From the NCBI GenBank assembly GCA_030671065.1, contig DAOVAM010000001.1:1-42677 (forward strand): a stretch of 42,677 nucleotides of DNA, written 5' to 3'. The notes below the pieces were generated by a model. It ran no database searches, was not told the DNA's origin, and saw only the letters and a list, made by a program, of their open reading frames with translations. Origin of the DNA: Candidatus Aminicenantes bacterium. Lineage in GTDB: Bacteria; Acidobacteriota; Aminicenantia; Aminicenantales; Aminicenantaceae. Made by a program: the position numbers and the translations under genes. This document shows, piece after piece, positions 17,879 through 26,367 of the stretch. Every line of letters begins with the position of its first letter. Position 1 is the first letter of the stretch.

Positions 17879-20233
17879 ATGCCAAAACAGGAAAACCTCA
17901 TAAAATCCCTGGAACTCCTTAAAGAAATCGGCCTCAAAAACGACTCTATCCGCGCCATAAAGCACCTCCCCGCCCAGGAAGCAAAATACCTCGAGTATCC
18001 TGCTGATGTCCAGCCAGCGCTGGCTGAGGCCCTTCAAGAAAAGGGATTTTCCAAACTCTATTCTCACCAGCACAGTTCCTGGAAACTGCTCAAAGACGGA
18101 AAAAATATTGTTGTGGTCACTCCTACAGCTTCAGGAAAAACGCTCTGTTACAACCTTCCTGTGCTGGATGCCATTCTGCAAAATCCTTCCGCACGCGCGA
18201 TTTACCTGTTTCCGACCAAGGCCCTTTCTCAGGATCAAAGGGCTGAACTCGATGAGACGATCAAGCTCCTCCATGAAGAGATCAGGATTTTTACGTATGA
18301 TGGAGACACACCCCAGGATGCGAGGAAAGCCATACGAGCCAGAGGACACATTATCTTGACTAATCCCGATATGCTGCATACAGGAATTCTCCCTCATCAC
18401 ACCAAGTGGATAAAACTCTTTGAAAACTTAAAATACATCGTGATTGATGAGCTTCATAACTACCGCGGCATCTTCGGCAGTCATTTAGCCAACGTTCTGC
18501 GCCGTCTGAAGAGAATAGCAAAATTTTACGGCTCTCAGCCTCAATTCATCCTCTGCACAGCCACCATCGCCAATCCTCGGGAAATGGCAGAAAATATGAC
18601 AGAGGAACCGGTCTCTCTTGTGGACAATAACGGATCACCAAGCGGGGAAAAATATTTCATCTTCTATAATCCTCCTGTGGTCAACAGGCATCTGGGAATC
18701 CGCCGATCCTATGTCAATGAGTCACGGCGAGTGTCTTCTCTTTTCATCAAGAACGGCCTCCAAACCATCATCTTTGCTCCAAGTCGCCTCGTTACTGAGG
18801 TTCTGGTGACATATCTCAAAGAAGACATCGAAAAAACAGTCAAGGACAAAGGGCTGATCCGAGGTTATCGAGGTGGCTACCTTCCCTTGAAAAGGAGAGA
18901 AATCGAAAAGGAACTCAGGGAGGGAAAAATCAAGGGCGTGATCTCGACGAATGCTCTAGAGCTGGGTATTGATATCGGCAGCCTTGACGTAGCTGTGCTC
19001 GCCAGCTATCCGGGCACGATTTCTAGCACCTGGCAGAGAGCGGGTCGAGCAGGAAGGAAAACAGGGCGTTCGGCTGCGGTCCTGGTGGCTTCCAGCTCTC
19101 CACTGGACCAATTCATCATCAATAATCCGGAGTACTTTTTTTCAAAAAACCCCGAGAAGGCTCTGATCAATCCGGATAACCTCTCTATCCTTGTCAGCCA
19201 CGTGGAATGCGGGGCTTTTGAGCTGCCTTTCCAGGATGGAGAAAAGTTTGGACGGGTTAAAATCGACGACATCCTCAAATTTCTGGAGGAGGAAAAACTC
19301 GTCCATCATTCGAAAGACAAGTGGTTCTGGACATCCGACGTCTATCCTGCGGATGGGGTTAGCTTGAGAAGCATCAGCTCCGACAATTTTGTAGTCATGG
19401 ACACGAGCAAAAAAACCAAAGCCATCGCCGAAGTGGACTTCTCTTCTGCGCTGACCACTCTCCACCCCAAAGCGATCTACATGTGTGAGGGAGAGCAGTA
19501 TTATGTGGAGAAACTCAACTATGAACAGAGAAAGGCGTATGTCAAGAAGACCGATGTCGACTATTTCACAGACGCTATTGACTACACAAAAATCAAGATC
19601 CTCGATGTCTTCGATAAAAATAACCAAGAAAAATGTTCCATACAACATGGTGAAGTGCATGTGGCCACTCAGGTTGTCGGCTTCAAGAAGATCAAATTCC
19701 ACACATCTGAAAACGTGGGAGCGGGAGACCTCAGTCTTCCTCAGAACGAAATGCACACGACTGCATACTGGCTGACTATCCCGTCTGAGATCTTTCAGGT
19801 CTTGCCTTTTACTTCAGAACAGAAGATAAACGGCCTGTATGGATTGGCTTACCTTCTCCATCATGTCTCTCCTCTGTTCATGATGTGCGACCTCCACGAT
19901 GTCGGAGTATCCATCGGGGATAATTCTACAGGAAAGTCCGTCCCGCCACGAGACATTCGCCTGAAAATCTCTCCGGATGAGAGTCTGCAGGATTTTTCTG
20001 ATGTTGCTTTTGAACCGAATGTCTTTATCTACGATAACTTTCCGGGGGGGATAGGGTTGAGCCCCTCTCTGTTTGACCTGGAAAAAACGCTTCTCGAACA
20101 CTCCCGGAAGACGATACAGGCCTGTCCCTGTAAGGAAGGCTGCCCCTCCTGCGTCGGTCCGACAAAAGAAAGCGGCAAACAATCCAAGCAGGTGGCGCTT
20201 GAAATCCTGAACACTCTTCTCGGATCAAAATAA
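17879..20233 (+). CDS. DEAD/DEAH-box helicase with C-terminal DUF1998/MZB zinc domain (YprA/MrfA/Hrq1-like DNA repair helicase)
   Basis: Motif I is 'TPTASGKT', motif II 'VIDELH' and motif VI 'QRAGRAGR'. The C-terminal four-Cys cluster reads 'CPCKEGCPSCVGP'. Confidence 0.85.
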   Translation: MPKQENLIKSLELLKEIGLKNDSIRAIKHLPAQEAKYLEYPADVQPALAEALQEKGFSKLYSHQHSSWKLLKDGKNIVVVTPTASGKTLCYNLPVLDAILQNPSARAIYLFPTKALSQDQRAELDETIKLLHEEIRIFTYDGDTPQDARKAIRARGHIILTNPDMLHTGILPHHTKWIKLFENLKYIVIDELHNYRGIFGSHLANVLRRLKRIAKFYGSQPQFILCTATIANPREMAENMTEEPVSLVDNNGSPSGEKYFIFYNPPVVNRHLGIRRSYVNESRRVSSLFIKNGLQTIIFAPSRLVTEVLVTYLKEDIEKTVKDKGLIRGYRGGYLPLKRREIEKELREGKIKGVISTNALELGIDIGSLDVAVLASYPGTISSTWQRAGRAGRKTGRSAAVLVASSSPLDQFIINNPEYFFSKNPEKALINPDNLSILVSHVECGAFELPFQDGEKFGRVKIDDILKFLEEEKLVHHSKDKWFWTSDVYPADGVSLRSISSDNFVVMDTSKKTKAIAEVDFSSALTTLHPKAIYMCEGEQYYVEKLNYEQRKAYVKKTDVDYFTDAIDYTKIKILDVFDKNNQEKCSIQHGEVHVATQVVGFKKIKFHTSENVGAGDLSLPQNEMHTTAYWLTIPSEIFQVLPFTSEQKINGLYGLAYLLHHVSPLFMMCDLHDVGVSIGDNSTGKSVPPRDIRLKISPDESLQDFSDVAFEPNVFIYDNFPGGIGLSPSLFDLEKTLLEHSRKTIQACPCKEGCPSCVGPTKESGKQSKQVALEILNTLLGSK

Positions 20234-20470
20234 GAGCCAGATAGATTAAGAAAATCAGAAAGTGATTTGAAATCCCGCTTTTAAGACTTCCAAGCTTGTG
20301 TTCCCGTCTCGCTGGGCCTATTTCCGATTTTCCTGTATGGAAACACCTCTCCTTCAGTGGCGAAAAAGGCGTTCGTGAAGAGAAGAGACGACATCAGAAG
20401 ATTGAGCAAGGGACGATGAGAAAATGGTGTAAAATCTGAATGGAGCGAAGCTATTCCCGGATACCTTTCT

Positions 20471-21121
20471 TTAGAGAGAATTTATCTTTTCGAGCGCTTT
20501 TTCTTCCCCCATGATAACCAAAATGTCGCTGTCTTTTATGACAAAATCCGCCAGGGGGACAAAAGTTGTATTTTCAGGGATGATCTCTTTGATGGCCAAA
20601 ACTTGAATCCCGAAAGTGTTTCTCAAATCAAGCTCTCTCAAGGACTTGCCGATAAACTTTTCAGGAGGAGCGATCTCCTGGATCCCAATTCCGGAAGTCA
20701 GGGGCAGGTACTCCAGTATACTGGGACAGCTCAACCGGAGAGCTGTTTTAACAGCCATATCTTTCTCTGGATAGATGACCTCTGTGGCTCCCACTGCGTC
20801 CAAAATCTTGGCGTGGTCCTCGGTCAAGGCTTTGGCCACTATGCGCTGCGCTCCAATCTCATGCAGATAAAGGACCGTAAGGATAGATGCTTCCATTTCA
20901 GGCCCTAGGCTGACAATGACCACATCCATATCTTGAATCCCCATAGCTTGGAGGTTTTCTTTATCCGCAGCATCCATATTCACCGCATGAGAGACAAAGG
21001 CCTTGACGTCTTCAACCTTTTCCTTATCGACGTCTACTGCCAGAACTTCATTTTTTTTCTCATACAGAGTTTTGGCAATATTGGAGCCAAAACTCCCGAG
21101 ACCGATAACTGCGAATTTCAT
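20471..21121 (-). CDS. trkA: Trk/Ktr potassium uptake system NAD-binding (RCK) subunit
   Basis: Has the Rossmann motif 'MKFAVIGLGSFGSNIAKTL' and an RCK_C-like C-terminus. The ATG at 21121 sits 8 nt after GAAGGAG. The track start at 21127 is a TTG. Confidence 0.85.
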   Translation of the reverse strand: MKFAVIGLGSFGSNIAKTLYEKKNEVLAVDVDKEKVEDVKAFVSHAVNMDAADKENLQAMGIQDMDVVIVSLGPEMEASILTVLYLHEIGAQRIVAKALTEDHAKILDAVGATEVIYPEKDMAVKTALRLSCPSILEYLPLTSGIGIQEIAPPEKFIGKSLRELDLRNTFGIQVLAIKEIIPENTTFVPLADFVIKDSDILVIMGEEKALEKINSL

Positions 21122-21143
21122 GGTCAAAACTCCTTCACTGATT

Positions 21144-22493
21144 CTATCCTATCATCACGCTTTCTTCAACATACTCGTATTTCCCGTAGGATTTCTGACG
21201 GCTGAACGCATACAACAGAGCTAAAGGCCCAATCCTTCCAATGTACATAATCAGAATAATCACAATTTTGCCCAGGGGAGAGAGTTTCGGAGTCAACCCC
21301 AGAGAAAGTCCGACTGTGCTGAATGCAGAAAAAACTTCAAAAAGCACATCTTTTATGCTTGCCCAGGGATGGGCGATGAGGAGGATGAAAGAGGCAAGAC
21401 AAATGATGCCCACAGCCAGAGTCACAACCGTAAAGGCCTTTGTGATTGACTGCATTGGCAGTGTTCTTCGATAAAGACTGACTGAATCTCTGGCCGCTAT
21501 TTTCGACTTCAAGAAAGCAAATATCACCCCAACAGTGCTGGTCTTCACACCGCCGCCTGTCGATCCCGGAGAGGCTCCGATAAACATCAGCATGATCAAT
21601 AGAAATACTGCGGCGAAGCTCAGAGAATTCAGATCCATGGTGTTAAAACCAGCAGTGCGGGGAGTTATGACCTGAAAAAGAGAAGAGAAAATCTTTTCCT
21701 TTATGGAAAACATCTTCAGTGAATGATTCCATTCTATAGCCAGAAAAAAAACAAAAGAGAAAAGGATGAGGACAGAAGTCAAAGTGAGGACCAGTTTTGT
21801 GTGGAGAGAGATCTGGGATTTTTTCTTGCGGAATAGGTCTGAGAAAATTGCTTTTCCCTCCTGGATGACGAGAAATCCCAAACCCCCCATAACAATCAGG
21901 ACGAAAAGAGTGACATTTATCCAGACATCTCCTCTGTAAGAGAGAAAACTATCGCTAAAAAGAGAGAAGCCTGCGTTACAAAAAGCCGAGATGGAATGGA
22001 AGACAGAATGAGAGAGGGCCTGAAGCCAGGGCAGATCTTTCTGCCAGTGGAGAAAAAGGAATAGAGTCCCCAAAGCTTCAAAGATTAAAGCATACAGGAA
22101 TATTCTTTTGATGAGCGACTTAACATTTTTTGGTGCACGATGGTGAAATCCTTCCTGAATGATAATCCTATCCTTGATGGAGATCCTTTTTCCCGCAACC
22201 AAAAGGATGAGGGTCGAGAAAGTCATGATTCCCAGCCCTCCCAATTGAAACAGGAAAAGAATTACGCCCTGTCCAAAAGGTGTGAAATAGGTGGCTGTGT
22301 CCTGGACGATAAGACCCGTCACACAGACTCCGGAAGTGGCGGTGAAGAGCGCATCGACAAAAGAAATATTCCCTGATTTTGTGCTAAAGGGAAGAAGGAG
22401 AAGAGATGTCCCGATTATGATAGCCACTATAAAGCTAATAGCCAGGACCTGTGCGGGTCGAAACCGTCTTTCTGCCCTTACATTTTGTTTCAT
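21144..22493 (-). CDS. trkH: TrkH/KtrB-family potassium transporter membrane subunit
   Basis: 449-aa polytopic protein with repeated selectivity-filter-like 'TGG/GLS' segments ('SPGSTGGGVKT', 'CNAGFSL', 'STVGLSLG'). It lies directly upstream of trkA. Confidence 0.85.
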   Translation of the reverse strand: MKQNVRAERRFRPAQVLAISFIVAIIIGTSLLLLPFSTKSGNISFVDALFTATSGVCVTGLIVQDTATYFTPFGQGVILFLFQLGGLGIMTFSTLILLVAGKRISIKDRIIIQEGFHHRAPKNVKSLIKRIFLYALIFEALGTLFLFLHWQKDLPWLQALSHSVFHSISAFCNAGFSLFSDSFLSYRGDVWINVTLFVLIVMGGLGFLVIQEGKAIFSDLFRKKKSQISLHTKLVLTLTSVLILFSFVFFLAIEWNHSLKMFSIKEKIFSSLFQVITPRTAGFNTMDLNSLSFAAVFLLIMLMFIGASPGSTGGGVKTSTVGVIFAFLKSKIAARDSVSLYRRTLPMQSITKAFTVVTLAVGIICLASFILLIAHPWASIKDVLFEVFSAFSTVGLSLGLTPKLSPLGKIVIILIMYIGRIGPLALLYAFSRQKSYGKYEYVEESVMIG

Positions 22494-22560
22494 GATTTAC
22501 TCAGACTCTACTTCCAAGATTAAAATCAAATCTAGTATTTAATCAGTTTTTTGTCAAATA

Positions 22561-22890
22561 AGGTAAGCATCCATATTTCCGTGATGAACAAAACTAGACT
22601 GGAGCCTGAGGAAAGATCAGGCTGGGTGCTGAGAAAACCGTATGCTCCGGCTTTTGGATTCAAAAACACGCATCTTTTGCCCCAGCGAGGCAAAAAATGC
22701 TCGGTTTCAGGCTTCGCTCTCCTCTCCTGCGGAGAGGAACCGTGCCCACTCCGCCTTCAAACGGTTTTTTCATCCAAACGCCTTCGCAGAGTATAGCTAA
22801 TGATTACGCTGGGGCAAAGCCTGCGTGTTTTCGTTGCACTCAGCCTGATCTTAAACACACTTGTTATCACGGTTTAGGGGATGCTTCCTC
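22561..22890 (+). ncRNA. Candidate large structured RNA, or alternatively a MITE-like nested inverted-repeat element
   Basis: Four long-range helices were verified by hand:
- 22565-22572 / 22879-22886 (8 bp)
- 22581-22591 / 22861-22870 (10 bp, one bulge)
- 22615-22629 / 22836-22850 (15 bp)
- 22663-22687 / 22807-22831 (22 Watson-Crick pairs, 1 G-U, 2 mismatches)
An apical hairpin forms at 22721-22737. The region is about 50% G+C by hand count in an otherwise AT-rich spacer, and it has no credible ORF. Strand and identity are tentative. Confidence 0.3.
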
Positions 22891-22954
22891 AAATGGAACC
22901 AGAGCCCTGGTTTGACTTTCAAAGTGGCATATGCTACTTTTTTTATTCAGGCAA

Positions 22955-23614
22955 ATGAACGTTTTGAACCTTATCGTTGAAGGCAGTCTTGTTGTTCAAC
23001 TGGTTCTTCTCATCCTCATTTTCTTCTCGGTCTTCTCATGGGCGGTCATCTTTTTTAAAAGAAAAACATTGAAATCTGCTGCCTTTCAATCTCAAAAATT
23101 CCTCAAAGTTTTCCGCAGGAGCAGTGATTTATCCGACGTGAACAAGGCGTCCAAAATTTACAAGACAAGCCCGATTGCAGCTCTCTTCCAGGCAGGGTAC
23201 AAAGAGCTTGCTCACACAACCAAATCCAACCAGGGAGTCCTGACTCCAGATGGTCTCGAAAGTATAAACCGAACTCTGGCAAGAGCATCAAACCAGGAAA
23301 TTTCCAAAATGGAAAGCATGATGAGCTTCCTTGCCACAGCAGGAAGCGTAACGCCTTTTATAGGCTTATTCGGAACTGTCTGGGGAATCATGGATGCCTT
23401 CTTGAATATTGAAGTAGAGAGATCGGCAAGCCTCGTGACAGTTGCCCCTGGAATTGCAGAGGCCCTGATCGCCACAGCATTAGGTCTTTTTGCCGCGATT
23501 CCCGCGGTTATCGCCTACAATTACTTCCTTCACCGAATAAAAGGAATGATCACTGAAATAGAGGATTTTTCCCTAGAATTCTTAAGCATTGCGGAAAGAC
23601 TCTATGGCTCTTAA
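22955..23614 (+). CDS. tolQ: Tol-Pal system protein TolQ (MotA/TolQ/ExbB proton channel family)
   Basis: Three TM segments with 'SFLATAGSVTPFIGLFGTVWGIM' and 'VAPGIAEALIATALGLFAAIPAVIAYNYF'. It heads a tolQRAB-pal-cpoB cluster. The start could be 22955 or 22931. Confidence 0.85.
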   Translation: MNVLNLIVEGSLVVQLVLLILIFFSVFSWAVIFFKRKTLKSAAFQSQKFLKVFRRSSDLSDVNKASKIYKTSPIAALFQAGYKELAHTTKSNQGVLTPDGLESINRTLARASNQEISKMESMMSFLATAGSVTPFIGLFGTVWGIMDAFLNIEVERSASLVTVAPGIAEALIATALGLFAAIPAVIAYNYFLHRIKGMITEIEDFSLEFLSIAERLYGS

Positions 23615-24038
23615 AACACCTCTGATTCGAAGACGACAGCTCGGAACGGCTCTTTCCGAGATCAATGTCACTCCCTTTGTTGATGTCATGCTTGTCCTCC
23701 TCATCATTTTCATGGTCACAGCGCCTATGATGCAGTCAGGAATCGGCATAAGGCTCCCTCAGGCGGAAACAGAATCCTCTCCGGCAGAAGAAGGCTTAAC
23801 CCTGACCATCACCGAGGATAAATTCATTCATATGGAAAACTCTGTCATCAACCAGTTTCTTCTGGAGCAGAAATTGAGGGAATACTTCTACGGAAAAGAG
23901 AAAAAAATCGTGTTTATCCGAGGGGACGAAAATCTTCCCTTTGGATTCGTTATACGCATCCTGGATATCACCAAAAAAGCCGGCATCGAACAAGTCGGTA
24001 TTGTCACAAGACCGTTGGAACCTGAAGAAAAAAAATAA
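23604..24038 (+). CDS. tolR: Tol-Pal system protein TolR (ExbD/TolR family)
   Basis: Carries 'SEINVTPFVDVMLVLLIIFMVTAP' with the conserved Asp in the TM segment. The ATG overlaps the end of tolQ by 11 nt. Confidence 0.85.
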   Translation: MALKTPLIRRRQLGTALSEINVTPFVDVMLVLLIIFMVTAPMMQSGIGIRLPQAETESSPAEEGLTLTITEDKFIHMENSVINQFLLEQKLREYFYGKEKKIVFIRGDENLPFGFVIRILDITKKAGIEQVGIVTRPLEPEEKK

Positions 24039-24039
24039 A

Positions 24040-24876
24040 ATGGCAGCCATCGCAAGAAGCAATGTGGCATTCAAAAGGGCGGTGATTTTCTCTCTGACTG
24101 CTCATTTCCTAGTGTTTATACTCCTCACGCTTTCCCCGCGCCTGCCAAAACCTAAAAGCAAGGGAATGATTCATTACGTGAATGTCATCTCATTTCCAGG
24201 TGGAGTCGGCACTCCTGGCGGAGGTGGAGGAGAAGAAAAAATCGTGGAAACACCTCTCTCTCAAAGAGAAACTTTAAAAGATTTAACAACATCACAAAAA
24301 ATACAGCAAGAGCCACCCAATTCCTTAAGACATCCAGTCGAAAAGCCCAAGAAGGAGACCAAGCCAAAAACAGATAAAAAAGTCTCTATTCAAAAATCCC
24401 AACCTGTGATGAAAAAAACTCAGACTGATTCAAGTGCCAGTGAAAGTTCTGAAAAAGCCCCTGGAAAGGGGACAGGAACAGGAAGCGGTGTAAGAATTGG
24501 AACTGCCGGCTCTGGCACTGGCGATTCTGATAGCGGTTCTGGGGGTGGCTCCGGATCGGCATTTTCTTCCCAGATCGGACTATCTAATTTCCCCTTCACC
24601 TACTACCTTCAATTCATCATCGACAGAGTCTCAGGCAACTGGTTCACCTCCCTTGTCGACCCAGGAATCGCTGGATATTTTCAGGCTACCGTTCATTTCA
24701 AAATCCACAAAAACGGTCAGGTTTCTGATTTAAAAATCGAAGAAACGAGCGGCATACGATCTCTCGACATGTCCGCTCTCCGTGCTATCCAGACCTCAGC
24801 CCCCTTCCCTCCTTTACCAAGAGCATACGAGGAGGAGTATCTTGGGATCTACTTGATATTCGAACACTCTAAATGA
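24040..24876 (+). CDS. tolA: TolA-like protein with TonB-type C-terminal domain
   Basis: Has an N-terminal TM anchor ('VIFSLTAHFLVFILLTL'), a Lys/Pro/Glu-rich region, a Gly/Ser-rich spacer and a TonB_C-like C-terminus. Its position between tolR and tolB supports the call. The ATG at 24040 begins 2 nt after the tolR stop. Confidence 0.7.
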   Translation: MAAIARSNVAFKRAVIFSLTAHFLVFILLTLSPRLPKPKSKGMIHYVNVISFPGGVGTPGGGGGEEKIVETPLSQRETLKDLTTSQKIQQEPPNSLRHPVEKPKKETKPKTDKKVSIQKSQPVMKKTQTDSSASESSEKAPGKGTGTGSGVRIGTAGSGTGDSDSGSGGGSGSAFSSQIGLSNFPFTYYLQFIIDRVSGNWFTSLVDPGIAGYFQATVHFKIHKNGQVSDLKIEETSGIRSLDMSALRAIQTSAPFPPLPRAYEEEYLGIYLIFEHSK

Positions 24877-26162
24877 AAAAAACACAGGTTTTCATATTCG
24901 CCATTCTTATTGGTGCGGGTGCAATCTTTATCCATTCTCAACAGGAGGTCGTCTTAAGCATTAAAGACGGAATGCCTGTCATTCCACTCGCTTTTCCTGA
25001 TTTCATCTCCCAAAGCTCCTCCCAAGAAATTAGGGAGTTCGGAAAAGACCTTCATCAAATTGTCTCTGACGACCTCAATTACAGCCGGATTTTCCAGCTC
25101 TTGCCCGAAAGCCACTACAGCTATATAAGGCCTTTGAACCCGAAAAAAATATTCTTCAAGGACTGGGAATCCATCCAAGCGACGCTCCTCCTGGTGGGAA
25201 TTGTTTCTGAAAGCGAAAGCAAAGATTTTCTTTTTGAAGGAAAAATCTACGATGTCAAGAGCAGCCGATTCATCTTTGGCAAACGCTATCAATCAGCCAA
25301 GTCCCTCCTCCGTCTGGTCGCGCACAAAATGGCGGATGAGGTCATGAAAATCTATGGAGAAAGACCCGTTTTCACTTCCAAAGTCGTCTTTGTTTCCGAT
25401 AGAGACGGAAACAATGAGCTCTACATGATGGATTACGACGGTCAAAACCAGACAAGGTTAACTTTTAATAAGATCATAGATTATATGCCTGCCTGGTCTG
25501 CAGATGGAAAGCAGATCGCCTACACTTCTTACAGGGCCACCGAAGCAGGATTATACCTCTACAATCCCTATGAAGGAGTCAGGAAAGAAGTGATGTCAGA
25601 GGGTACAAACTTCGCTCCTACCTTTTCATTCAACGGAAAAAAGTTGGCTTTCTGTTCCACTGCAGAAGAGGGAAACTCAGAGATCTATATCGCAAACAGT
25701 GATGGCACAAACATCAAAAGGTTGACTTTTAACACTGCCATCGATACGTCTCCTTCCTGGTCTCCCAACAGCCGAGAAATCGCCTTCACCTCTGATAGAG
25801 GTGGAACTCCCCAAATCTACATCATGGACGCAGAGGGCTCTAACGTCCGAAGAGCAAGTTTTGGAGGAAGCTACCACGATGCCCCAGCCTGGTCCCCTAC
25901 GGGAGACAGGATTGCATATGTCTCCCGTGTTAATCAGATATTCGATATATACGTTCTGAATCTCAGGACAAATAAAATCATTAAGCTGACAGAGAGCAAT
26001 GCTCGAAACGAATCTCCCTGTTGGTCGCCTGATGGACGTCATCTCATATTCTCCTCTAATCTCAACGGGACGGTCCAGCTCTACACGATCGATTATGATG
26101 GTCTCAACCTGAAACGCCTCACATCTAAAGGAAGCAATAAGCTTCCCGATTGGTCACGGTAA
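24873..26162 (+). CDS. tolB: Tol-Pal system beta-propeller protein TolB
   Basis: Signal peptide followed by repeated 'P.WSPDG..IAF.S.R.G...IY' blades ('PAWSADGKQIAYTS', 'PSWSPNSREIAFTSDRGGTPQIYIMD', 'PCWSPDGRHLIFSS'). An ATGA overlap joins it to tolA. Confidence 0.9.
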   Translation: MKKTQVFIFAILIGAGAIFIHSQQEVVLSIKDGMPVIPLAFPDFISQSSSQEIREFGKDLHQIVSDDLNYSRIFQLLPESHYSYIRPLNPKKIFFKDWESIQATLLLVGIVSESESKDFLFEGKIYDVKSSRFIFGKRYQSAKSLLRLVAHKMADEVMKIYGERPVFTSKVVFVSDRDGNNELYMMDYDGQNQTRLTFNKIIDYMPAWSADGKQIAYTSYRATEAGLYLYNPYEGVRKEVMSEGTNFAPTFSFNGKKLAFCSTAEEGNSEIYIANSDGTNIKRLTFNTAIDTSPSWSPNSREIAFTSDRGGTPQIYIMDAEGSNVRRASFGGSYHDAPAWSPTGDRIAYVSRVNQIFDIYVLNLRTNKIIKLTESNARNESPCWSPDGRHLIFSSNLNGTVQLYTIDYDGLNLKRLTSKGSNKLPDWSR

Positions 26163-26270
26163 CGCCATTTGAAGGCTCCTTCCTTCTTTGTGCAAAAAGT
26201 GCGGAAGAGCTCATGCTCACTTCCTTTCACTTCCTGAATAGAGATCCCCAAAAGTTCTTGGTCACACATG

Positions 26271-26299
26271 TTGACATAACACCTTTTTGGTTGTATAAG
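26271..26299 (+). promoter_or_regulatory. sigma70-type promoter TTGACA-N17-TATAAG upstream of pal
   Basis: A perfect -35 at 26271-26276, a 17-nt spacer and a -10 at 26294-26299. It is followed by a ~60-nt leader with AAGGAG before the pal ATG. Confidence 0.55.
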
Positions 26300-26367
26300 A
26301 TAAGGAGATAAAGGAAAGCTCCCCTGATAGAATTGGGAGAGCATAAAATTAAATCAAAGGAGTTCAA

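Noticed and set aside
17879-20233. Helicase plus DUF1998 as part of a DISARM-like or Dpd-like defence system.
   Set aside because: Helicase and DUF1998 are fused in one ~780-aa protein, as in the YprA/MrfA/Hrq1 repair helicases. No methyltransferase, PLD nuclease or SNF2 gene lies nearby, and the neighbours are uvrA and trkA.
20234-20470. 237-bp gap between the convergent helicase and trkA genes, examined for sRNA, tRNA or terminators.
   Set aside because: It holds only a weak AT-rich 6-bp hairpin (AAATCA-gaaag-TGATTT near 20251-20267). There is no tRNA-like cloverleaf or T-loop sequence and no ORF longer than 13 codons, so nothing is reportable.
22551-22915. Two overlapping + strand ORFs (81 aa and 72 aa) in the trkH/tolQ spacer.
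   Set aside because: They have no SD and odd Arg/Ser/Pro/Cys-rich products. They span the two arms of a long inverted repeat, so both ORFs are better explained as by-products of a G+C-rich structured element.
22494-22930. Cyclic-di-AMP (ydaO/kimA-type) riboswitch in the leader of the K+ transporter operon trkH-trkA. RNase P, tmRNA, SRP or 6S RNA were also considered.
   Set aside because: - On the minus strand I could not find the ydaO-type conserved blocks (ACGGGG/CCCA, GAAUC, CCGAACCC..CAGCUAACC-like).
- The best trkH promoter (TTGACA-18-TAGATT, 22529-22558, minus strand) lies between the element and trkH, so the element would not be in that leader.
- There is no GGAAAGUCCGG-type RNase P core and no tRNA-like 3' end for tmRNA.
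- At about 330 nt with asymmetric arms, the element does not fit 6S RNA.
- These are eye-level exclusions only. cmsearch is still needed.
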